NCBI GenBank assembly: GCA_032718475.1 | Contig: JAUCBJ010008499.1 | Coordinates: 69,589 to 133,588 of the forward strand | DNA length: 64,000 bases | From: Nemertoderma westbladi | Lineage: Eukaryota; Animalia; Xenacoelomorpha | Direction of reading: 5' to 3' | Part shown: positions 1 through 9,471 of the stretch, piece by piece | Layout of the letters: the number at the start of each line of letters is the position of its first letter | How positions within the stretch are numbered: the first letter of the stretch is position 1 | The notes under the pieces: generated by a model | Databases searched by the model: none | What the model was told of the DNA's origin: nothing | Seen by the model: only the letters and a program-made list of their open reading frames with translations | Position numbers and translations under genes: made by a program

Positions 1-1277
1 TGTAGTGCAACTGTGTCCGAAGTTCAACTGTGTCCGCAGTGCAACTGTGTCCGCAATGCAACTGTGATTGTAGTGGAACTGTGTCTGTAGTTCAACTGTG
101 TCCGCAGTGCAACTGTGTCCGCAGTTCAACTGTGTCCGAAGTGCAACTGTGTCCGCAGTGCAACTGTGTCCGCAGTGCAACTGTGTCCGCAATGCAACTG
201 TGTTTGTAGTGCAACTGTGTCCGAAGTTCAACTGTGTCCGCAGTGCAACTGTGTCCGCAATGCAACTGTGATTGTAGTGGAACTGTGTCTGTGGTTCAAC
301 TGTGTCCGCAGTGCAACTGTGTCCGCAGTTCAACTGTGTCCGAAGTGCAACTGTGTCCGCAGTGCAACTGTGTCCGCAGTTCAACTGTGTCCGAAGTACA
401 ACTGTGTCCGCAGTGCAACTGTGTCGGCAGTGCGACTGTGTCCGCAATGCAACTGTGTTTGTAGTGGAACTGTGTCCGCAGTTCAACTGTGTCCGCAGTG
501 CAACTGTGTCCGCAGTTCAACTGTGTCCGCAGTGCAACTGTGTCCGCAGTTCAACTGTGTTTGTAGTGCAACCGTGTCCGCAGTGCAACTGTGTTTGTAG
601 TGCAACTGTGTCCGCAGTGGAACTGTGTCCGCAATGCAACTGTGTTTGTATGGAACTGTGACCGCAGTTCAACTGTGTCCGCAGTGCAACTGTGTCCGCA
701 GAGCAACTGTGTCCGCAGTGCAACTGTGTCCGCAGTTCAACTGTGTCCGCAGTTCAACTGTGTGTGTAGTGCAACTGTGTCCGAAGTTCAACTGTGTCCA
801 CAGTGCAACTGTGTTCGCAGTGCAACTGTGTCCGCAATGCTACTGTGTTTGTAGTGCAACTGTGTCCGCAGTTCAACTGTGTCCGCAGTGCACCTGTGTC
901 CGCAGTGCAACTGTGTCCGCAGTTCAACTGTCTCCGCAGTGCAGCTGTGTCCGCAGTGCAGCTGTGTCCGCAGTTCAACTGTGTTTGTAGTGCAACAGTG
1001 TCCACAGTGCAACTGTGTCCGCAATGCAACTGTGTTTGTAGAGCAACTGTGTCCGCAGTGCAACTGTGTCCGCAATGCAACTGTGTTTGTAGTGCAACTG
1101 TGTCCGAAGTTCAACTGTGTCCGCAGTGCAACTGTGTCCGCAATGCAACTGTGATTGTAGTGGAACTGTGTCTGTAGTTCAACTGTGTCCGCAGTGCAAC
1201 TGTGTCCGCAGTTCAACTGTGTCCGAAGTGCAACTGTGTCCGCAGTGCAACTGTGTCCGCAGTGCAACTGTGTCTGC
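1..1277. repeat. 17-bp minisatellite (GTGCAACTGTGTCCGCA and variants), intronic, runs off the window start
   Basis: Unit directly visible; it generates the Cys-rich repetitive ORFs in several frames on both strands. Confidence 0.97.
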
Positions 1278-1345
1278 AAAGCGTCCACGCCCGTATAAGT
1301 TCTACTTTCCAATTGTTATATACACTAGCGATGTAAAGTATTCAC

Positions 1346-2062
1346 CTTATCATCTACAGTCCAAACGGCCCCACAAACTTTCACGGCTTCGTCTATAGAT
1401 ATATAAGCGTCGAAGCGCCACAGACAGGCGTCGGTGTCGAGATGGCTGTAGAACTCCACCGTGTTGTTACCCCGTAACTCCCGGTTACAGTTCCCTGGCA
1501 GGAGAGCGTCGCTACAACTCTCCGCTTCCATAAACCCGTAGTCTAGAACCTTCTCGTCGCCGAGTAGGATGTTGGAGCAGGGATGTTTGTTCTTGCGGTG
1601 ATCGACGGACTTGAGGGATCGAGCGAGATCGGAAAGTTCGCGGGTTGAGATTACGGGGAAGGCCCCGTCGGTGTGGTTGAGCGCGAAGGAGAGATGGAGA
1701 GCGGATCGGGAAGAATCGTAGGCGACGTCGACGCGGTACGAGGGGCCCGAACCCGAGGGAAGACAAACTCCCGCGGAGGAGTGGATCTTAGTGCGCGGAC
1801 TCGCTGATTCGTGGCCCCGCTCCCGGTCCCGACTCACCGCCGCCGCCTTGCACTGCACCGTGGAGTCACCCGCCAGATAGACCCCGTCCAGGACGTTGCC
1901 CGAGGGGCTGGTTGCCACGGACACGTCGGCGTAGACCCGGGTAGGGGTCCGTGTGCCGGGTCTCGACACGAACCAGTAGTACTGCGTCAGCGAGTCGTCT
2001 ATGTATTCGATGGTACACGAGTGTCTGTACATCTCGAACTCCGGATGAATTGGGTTGCAAAC
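1346..2062 (-). CDS. FREM2: FREM2/FRAS1-family ECM protein, exon (start of C-terminal domain)
   Basis: cag|GTT TGC AAC CCA (VCNP) to GAT AAG|gtgaat. Peptides LDGVYL..VQCKAAAV, PVISTRELS, HPCSNIL and FYSHLDTDACLWRF match recalled FREM2 (PVISTRELS, HKCSNLL, FYRNLNLEACLWEF). Confidence 0.88.
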
Positions 2063-2569
2063 CTGATGAAGTCAAGATAAATAAATACAACAATAATTAT
2101 TATAATATTACGTTTATGGTGAATCGCGTAACAATTGTAGTTACTTGAGAAGAAAAACCTGATGGCGATAACTATATTATTATGGTTGATACTTTCAAAG
2201 AACTTCCTCCGTTCACAATAACTGAAGGAACGAGTTAATAACCTACAGAACTATAATAAACGTAGCCACAAGTAACTCAAATAATATTTACATAATATCA
2301 CTAGTTTTGATATTGCCAACCCTGTTAGTTGCAGGATATGTAAACATTATGTTTTAACAAAATTATTCGTTTTTAATATATCGTATTAAATGTATTTACT
2401 AAGAGAGAGGATCCCTCTAGCGATAGAATGTGGCAGCAGGTAAAACTTGCGCCTCTTGCGGCAAGGGAATGTAATTATGTCTAATGAAATTGCCAATACG
2501 ATCAATTCAACAAATTATTATTGATTAATGTAATGCAATGTTTGCGGTTTAATGTTAGTTGAAACTCAC

Positions 2570-2725
2570 AGTAATACAAACTACAGGGTAGCCGTTCATC
2601 GGTATATCGTCCCAGTGACTCTTAGGGTTCTGTATGTCCTTTAGGGACACCACTAGCGGAGACGACTTGAATTTGGGGTGCAAGGATACCCTGGTGTCCA
2701 GGATTTCAACGACTGTTTCATTCAG
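2570..2725 (-). CDS. FREM2: FREM2-like exon
   Basis: cag|CTG AAT GAA to ATT ACT|gtgagt; PMNGYPVVCIT matches recalled FREM2 PMSGYPVICIT; phase 0-0. Confidence 0.88.
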
Positions 2726-2862
2726 CTGAAATACAAAGAAATTAGTTATCAATGTTGCAGCAAGAATCCTAAACCGTATATTATATAGGCCTAACTACCT
2801 ACAGTACAAACTGAAAGTAAATAAATAGTGACTCTGTATGATGTACTACACAACACACTTAC

Positions 2863-3002
2863 CGTAACTACAACCGGTGAATTCAGACTCGGGTTAACCA
2901 ACTCAACGAAAACAATGAACTGCTCGGGGTCTTCCTCTATCGCGTCCGTAAACACCCTGATCTCGACAATTATTCTAGAACTGTCCTTCGGGAAATCCAT
3001 CC
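2863..3002 (-). CDS. FREM2: FREM2-like exon (second half of a Calx-beta repeat)
   Basis: tag|GG ATG GAT TTC to GTT ACG|gtaagt; MDFPKDSSRIIVEIRVFTDAIEEDPEQFIV. Confidence 0.85.
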
Positions 3003-3440
3003 CTAAAACAAGAGTGGATAGCAGCTACACAATTATGTTACGCCGTGTTATGTAGTGCTATAAGGGATGCAGTAAGGAGTAGGGATGCGACGGAGCTCCG
3101 GGCCAATTTTCTGGTTCCGGCTCCGGGCAAATTAACCCGGAGCCAATCCGGAGCTTTTGTTGTTTAAATTCAAATTACAATAATAGTTTTTCTGATATAT
3201 GAATAATGTAAATATCATAGTAATTAACATAATAACTCATTAAGTAATTTACAGGTTGTTTTTTAAGTTTCCTGATAACCCCCCCACCCCCCCCCCCCCC
3301 ACCCCCTTGTGAAATTGTTTAAATATTTGAACAAAAACATTGAAATTATTCAGTTAATTCAATTAATATTCTTCCCATAGTGAGTGTGAACTGAAAAGTC
3401 TAAAACAGTATATTTTTGCCCATTGAACACCAGATAGGAG

Positions 3441-3664
3441 GGTCGGGTCAGAGTAAAACGCGGATCCGGATTCTACATTTAACATTGTCCCTACGGAGGT
3501 CGATTTTTTTACATTTTTATAACTCCCAAAAATAAAACTATAACCTGTTCTATTGACTTTAGTTTATTGTTTTGGTTAAAATAACGTGCCACTGTAACCT
3601 GCTCCTTTCCCTAAATTGAGAATTTTGGAATCCGGATCCGGATCCGCGTTTTACACCTACCCGA
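3441..3664. mobile_element. About 220-bp MITE
   Basis: Inverted ends GTAAAACGCGGATCCGGAT / ATCCGGATCCGCGTTTTAC; flanking direct repeat (A)GATAGGAG at 3432-3440 and 3664-3672 (8-9 bp TSD, hAT- or Mutator-like). Confidence 0.65.
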
Positions 3665-3744
3665 GATAGGAGAGTCTTTGGACGCAATCAAAATTCATCC
3701 CTCTCCAGGAGAAAATCGACGCAAATAACTGCCGATTACTCCCA

Positions 3745-3870
3745 AAAATAAAACTGTATCCTGTTCTATTGGATATAGTTTATTGTTTTGATTAGAGTAG
3801 CTTGCGACTGTAAACTGCTCATTTCCCTTAAATGATAATTTGACATTGAGGCGGGATATTAATTCGCCGA
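3745..3870 (+). repeat. Dispersed repeat of about 125 bp
   Basis: AAAAATAAAACTGTA..CTGCTC.TTTCCCT.AA.TGATAATT..ACATTGAGGCGGGATATTAATTCGC recurs at about 8585-8708 and partly inside the MITE at about 3527-3625. Confidence 0.7.
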
Positions 3871-4003
3871 GTAAGAATTTGCATAAAATCCCCCCCCCCC
3901 CCCCCTTTTTTTTATGAACGCATATCTGTCTATGTCTAATCAATTTATTATTTATTTTATGTCTAATTAATTTAATTAGAAGTGTTCAGCTACTGTACTA
4001 TAC

Positions 4004-4189
4004 CTCTTCTGTTTATCCCTTCGAAGTCCAACCCAGCTGTGGCCGAACCAGCTCTGGTACTGATCTTCAGCATGTAACTCTCTGACTGTTCGCCGCTGCG
4101 CAGCAACGGTAGACCCAGAACGGTGACCTCCCCCTCCACGCGAGATTCACGCACAGCGTATTTATCGCTCTCCCATCGAATAGTCGGCC
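4004..4189 (-). CDS. FREM2: FREM2-like exon (first half of a Calx-beta repeat)
   Basis: tag|GG CCG ACT to AGA AGA G|gtatag; PTIRWESDKYAVRE..LLRSGE..STRAGSATAGLDF is a Calx-beta signature. Confidence 0.88.
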
Positions 4190-4454
4190 CTAGAAAGGAG
4201 AATAAAATGTTTGTTGTAGTTATACCCAATGAAACGCAATACAAAATGAGTTCATATAAACAATAATTACATTTTTATTTCACAGAAAAAATTTAATTGT
4301 TTAAATAAGTAAAATGTTATCCATGTAATTTCGTAATACGTAAGTTTTTTCGTGATTCCAACTCCGCGTGGATTTGACACCAACCGGAACCCGTATTCTG
4401 TCGCTCTTTACAACAAGATCGCGAGATCTCGCACTTCTTTATCGTAGGTGAGAA

Positions 4455-5307
4455 AAATTATATTTACATACGAATATAAATTATATTTACATACGAATAT
4501 AAATTATATTTACATACGAATATAAATTATATTTACATACGAATATAAATTATATTTACATACGAATATAAATTATATTTACATACGAATATAAATTATA
4601 TTTACATACGAATATAAATTATATTTACATACGAATATAAATTATATTTACATACGAATATAAATTATATTTACATACGAATATAAATTATATTTACATA
4701 CGAATATAAATTATATTTACATACGAATATAAATTATATTTACATACGAATATAAATTATATTTACATACGAATATAAATTATATTTACATACGAATATA
4801 AATTATATTTACATAGGAATATAAATTATATTTACATACGAATATAAATTATATTTACATACGAATATAAATTATATTTACATACGAATATAAATTATAT
4901 TTACATACGAATATAAATTATATTTACATACGAATATAAATTATATTTACATACGAATATAAATTATATTTACATACGAATATAAATTATATTTACATAC
5001 GAATATAAATTATATTTACATACGAATATAAATTATATTTACATACGAATATAAATTATATTTACATACGAATATAAATTATATTTACATACGAATATAA
5101 ATTATATTTACATACGAATATAAATTATATTTACATACGAATATAAATTATATTTACATACGAATATAAATTATATTTACATACGAATATAAATTATATT
5201 TACATACGAATATAAATTATATTTACATACGAATATAAATTATATTTACATACGAATATAAATTATATTTACATACGAATATAAATTATATTTACATACG
5301 AATATAA
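4455..5307. repeat. 23-bp near-perfect minisatellite (AAATTATATTTACATACGAATAT), about 37 copies
   Basis: Directly visible; the one variant I noticed is ATAGGAAT near 4816. Confidence 0.98.
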
Positions 5308-5325
5308 GGGATACTTGTTACTTAC

Positions 5326-5484
5326 TATCTTCTTCGTCCGTTATCTCGACAATAGTTGTGTTCAAGTTCCAAATGGCCAAGGGTTCGGCTGAAGATAAGA
5401 CCTTGAGGTAAAGCATGAGCGTTTCATTACCTTCAAACACCTCGTCTTTCACAAGAGTTACCCGACAATATTCCAAGCTAGACT
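5326..5484 (-). CDS. FREM2: FREM2-like exon (absent from the ORF track)
   Basis: tag|AG TCT AGC to GAA GAT A|gtaagt; translates SSLEYCRVTLVKDEVFEGNETLMLYL..TTIVEITDEED (Calx-beta); phase 1-1 fits its neighbours. Confidence 0.85.
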
Positions 5485-5845
5485 CTAAATATGATCAATA
5501 ATAATGTAGGGCCAACATATTACAAAATCCGAGTTTTCCGAGTGAAACACATATTATTTTCAAGTTTTGTTTTTAAAAAAAACTTAACTTTAATTTATAT
5601 TTTTATAAGATAAGCTAAAATTTGCATGTGCGTGCGTAAAATACGACATCCTATTATAAACTTAAAATTCGGCTTTATTATCATTGGTGTAAGCTCTATC
5701 TTTTAAGATATGGCCCCTTCACGTGTTACACTTCTGTAAATACTTCTGTAAATATATCAAAAATTCAATTCAATTGAAGTTATTGAAGTTTCATGAACGA
5801 TTTACTATGGAGTAAAGAAGCTGTCTGTAGAGACTTTCTACTTAC

Positions 5846-6052
5846 TTGGAGGAAATATAACGGTGGCGTTTATTGTATCGAATCGACTATACCGCTCTAT
5901 GTAATCAACCATCCTCGTTGTCGATTGGTCCAGTTCGTAACAAAGAACTCGACTCTCTTTACTGATGTCCCCTGTGCGTCTAATAGGTACCGCAACGTCC
6001 TTCCTCGTCTCACTCACTGTCGTCCAATTCGTTGTGAATTCAACCTTAGGCA
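5846..6052 (-). CDS. FREM2: FREM2-like exon (Calx-beta)
   Basis: cag|TG CCT AAG to CCT CCA A|gtaagt; LPKVEF..IRRTGDISKESRVLCY..MVDYIER resembles recalled FREM2 LPKMQF..HRTGDVQYRSSVRCY..MMDFEER. Confidence 0.88.
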
Positions 6053-6402
6053 CTGGGAGATTACAAACATAACCGTTTGTTTATAAACAAAACCGAAGTT
6101 TAGCTATTCTAATTAATTAATTAAAAAAAAAGACAATAATAAAAAATTATATAATTGCCAATTTGTCACTCTAATCCTAATCCAACTGAAATTTATTCAT
6201 AAATTACTTATTTTTATTTACCCTGGAGGGTCACATTTCTGACTGTGGTGATTTTTAAGTATATAGACTAGGCATATGAGGGAGATGTGGTCCTGGAATA
6301 TATGTTTACCTGTTCCAGTAAAAATTGAATTTATTGAATGATTTCCATGGCCTGCAATGAGTCACAAATCTGGTTCCGCCATGTTGTCAAAAATGACCAT
6401 CC

Positions 6403-6408
6403 TTTATT
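6403..6408 (-). terminator. Candidate poly(A) signal of RNPC3
   Basis: AATAAA on the minus strand about 75 nt after the stop codon. Confidence 0.45.
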
Positions 6409-6483
6409 TAAATTTACACCCTTTTTAAACGTAAATAAAGCAACCGAATCAACCAATCAGCGGCGAACACGGCACCATAAAGT

Positions 6484-7833
6484 TTATTTTGGCGGGACCC
6501 GAGCGAAAGCAACAATCATCGGTTTCCCTTGCAACTGGAATCCGTTAGTTAAATGGAGAGCTCGAACAGCCGAGTCCACGGAGGGCAGTTCCACGAAGGC
6601 CTGTCCCTTCATACGCCCCTCGCGGAACAACCGAACCGAGAAACTCTCCGATCCGTCGGTCGCAGCGCCAAACCGACGGAATATGAACTCCATATCCGCG
6701 GGTTGTATCGTCCGCGCGAGGTTCTTTATGTAGAGTTTTTGGGAGGGCTCGCCAGGAGTGTAGTTCTTAAATTCCTTTAAATGCATCCGGGATTCGTGGG
6801 ACAAACGACCTTTATTGAGTTCCGATAAGGAAATATATTCCGAGGAATCAGAAACTGTTGAATCGTCAGCAACGGGCGGACATATTAAAGGAGGTTGATG
6901 TTTAGGTTCGAGTTTACCAAACGGGTTAGTTTCAATTTCCTCTGGCTTAGATGAACTCTCACTTACGGCAGTCGGTGGTATTTTCAGCGATATTTTCCGA
7001 TGTACTTTATCAGGAATATTCTGGGCGAAAACTTCCTCGGGGTTTGCGCGTTTCCGGGGATGTGTAACGCCTCGTGTTATTTCTCTCAATGTAACCGGTG
7101 TCCGCTTCGGTTTACTTTCGATGAGTCGAGGTTTTTCTTCTATCGGAATTTTGCGACGCTGTTCAGAATCTTCGCTGTCCATCTCGCTTTCAGCATCCGA
7201 AAGCTCCCCAATATCGATAGATTCTGCGGTTTCCTCAGACGAGCGTACGGGAACTTCCGGGAACCGGTCACCGAATGGGGCCGGAAGATCGAGTCGGTTC
7301 ATTAGATGGAGAACCTGCGTGTATAGCGCGGGTACTGCGAGCATTGCGTCGCAGATGTTGTGTAGGATAGTAGGGGAAGGTTCGGGGTAGCGGTACGTCA
7401 GGAGAGAACGTCTACCAGCAGGAGGTACCGGTACCGAGTAGGGGTGGGGTTCCGGGAGGTAGGGAGCGGGTTCGGAATATTCGTGTTGATCGGAAGTCTC
7501 GATTTGAGATGACGACGACACGGCCTCCGTATCGCCGTACAGAACGATTAGACGACGGCCGTGCAGCTCGCGTTGGTGGAGGCGCGACATAACGACTGAT
7601 GCGAACTCTCGACTTGGGAACGTGGCAAACACGCAGTGTTTCATTGGGCCGACGTCCGCCATACATCGCACAGATGTCGCCCCGAAGTAACGCAGCATCC
7701 CGCTACGTTCGTTCGCGCTCATCGTTTTGGGTAAATTTTTAATTAGTAGCGACTGAGAAAGGAGAGATGGACTCTGATTATTTGTATTTAGGAAAGGATT
7801 TGTCACCGATGAAGCAACATTATAAGGAATCAT
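6484..7833 (-). CDS. RNPC3: RNPC3/RBM40, U11/U12 snRNP 65 kDa protein; intronless CDS nested in a FREM2-like intron
   Basis: N-terminal RRM (LLIKNLP..RYFGATSVR..KHCVFATF..RLHQ), central YRYPEPS..LYTQVLHLMNRLDLPAPFG and C-terminal RRM (YTPGEPSQKLYIKNLA..EGRMKGQAFVELP..KPMIVAFAR) are diagnostic. The first ATG is at 7833; the ORF track starts upstream at a TTG. Confidence 0.93.
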   Translation of the reverse strand: MIPYNVASSVTNPFLNTNNQSPSLLSQSLLIKNLPKTMSANERSGMLRYFGATSVRCMADVGPMKHCVFATFPSREFASVVMSRLHQRELHGRRLIVLYGDTEAVSSSSQIETSDQHEYSEPAPYLPEPHPYSVPVPPAGRRSLLTYRYPEPSPTILHNICDAMLAVPALYTQVLHLMNRLDLPAPFGDRFPEVPVRSSEETAESIDIGELSDAESEMDSEDSEQRRKIPIEEKPRLIESKPKRTPVTLREITRGVTHPRKRANPEEVFAQNIPDKVHRKISLKIPPTAVSESSSKPEEIETNPFGKLEPKHQPPLICPPVADDSTVSDSSEYISLSELNKGRLSHESRMHLKEFKNYTPGEPSQKLYIKNLARTIQPADMEFIFRRFGAATDGSESFSVRLFREGRMKGQAFVELPSVDSAVRALHLTNGFQLQGKPMIVAFARVPPK

Positions 7834-9243
7834 CGCGCACAATCTCAATATAATTGTGAGTGTCAGATTGTAGGTAGGGTCTATCTGTCTATCTGTCTCA
7901 GGCAACTTGACAGGTACCTGGACTGGTACCGGTAGTCCTTCAGTAAATAATTTGTGGTTGCTTATTAGCTTTATCAGTTTATACCGGTATCTCAGTCAGT
8001 CTTACAGTTAAGGTAGGCCTACCGGTTGCCTTGCCGGTATTTACCTAGAGTAGAGTTTATCTGCTGCAATGGTTCGCACCGTAGGCCTACTGCGGTACTG
8101 CTGCAGAGTGTAGACTGTTGTTATCTTCGCCTACTGTGCTAGTTCCATAAGTTATGCTCTACGCGAACACGCTTCACATCACACAGTCACAATAAGCGTA
8201 CTAACACCGTCACACTAACCGAAGTCTGCATGTTGAAAAAATGGTCGTTGGGAAGTATTTTAAATCTCCCACTCTAGGGGGAACGACTTTGTCAGTTGGC
8301 GTGATTGGTTACTAATTTAAAGACATGAGATTTATTTTGATAATAAAATGTATGACCTCTATGCCGCACATTTACCGGTAGTATTTTTATTTGATAATTA
8401 TATTCTATCTGAAAAACCGTGAGAAATATGAGCGAAGGAATTCAATCAATATTAAATCGACATACCGTAAAAACTTTAATTGTTTTAATGAACGTGTTGA
8501 AAAGCTATTGTGGATTGAGTTTTGCGCCCATGTGAAGAAAATCACGTTCTCACATTTCGTTGCAAATAACAGCTGATTATTCTCAAAAATAAAACTGTAA
8601 CATGTTCTATTGTGTTTAGTTTATTGTTTTGGTTAAAATAACGTGCCAATGTAACCTGCTCCTTTCCCTAAATTGATAATTTAACATTGAGGCGGGATAT
8701 TAATTCGCAAGGCGGGTTTTGCGTCCAGTTCCCCCCCCCCCCCCCCCCCCCTGTCTCTCGTTTATAGTTTTGGTTAAATTCAGCACTTCTGTAACCTGAA
8801 ATTAATGAAAACCTGGTATTCTTCACATGGGGGTAAAATGGAAAGTAAGATAATAATGTTGTTAATTATAATAATAAATAATAATAATATTGTTATTAAT
8901 ATAATATAATTATTAAAAATAACAAATAGGATTATTTTATCTAAAAAAAATGCGCTTTCTTTCAATTAAATCTACAACAATAATTGGAAGAAGATTATGC
9001 TTTTGCTCACTTATTACTTTTTCATTATTTTAATGAACAATTTCCATCAGTAATTATTGAAATAACTAAAAAAAAAAAAATTTTTCCGATACTTGTATTT
9101 ATTAATTTATTATTAATTTATACCCTTAATTAATATTTCGTCGATGAATCAGTATTTTTCGACTATAAATTAATTTATATTTATCCTGTTCCAGTTTAAA
9201 CATGAAAGATGAACAATTCTGAAATACTATACGATAAACTTAC

Positions 9244-9471
9244 AATCATCCCATCTATCATCGATGTCTACGACGACCACATGGTCGGTGGCAGATAAAC
9301 GAGCTTGTTCCGCCCCATACATAGCCACCATGAAGGTTTCAACCCCTTCCGAATGGGGTCGGGACGAATCGTCGAGAATCTTTATTTCGATGGATTGGAT
9401 CTGTTCGTATGGAGGGAAGACGATGGTTTCCGACTCAGAAGATATAGGGAGGTAATCCTCCAGTGCTAGAG
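9244..9471 (-). CDS. FREM2: FREM2-like exon (second half of a Calx-beta repeat)
   Basis: tttattgtttatcttacag|CT CTA GCA CTG GAG GAT TAC to GAT GAT T|gtaagt; EDYLPIS..IVFPP..IKILDD..EGVETFMV. Confidence 0.87.

Noticed and set aside
115-1398. Cys-rich ORFs resembling metallothionein or keratin-associated proteins
   Set aside because: They are translations of a 17-bp repeat open in several frames on both strands, inside an intron.
7834-7905. N-terminal extension of RNPC3 in the ORF track
   Set aside because: It begins at TTG and shows no similarity to RNPC3; the first ATG is at 7833.
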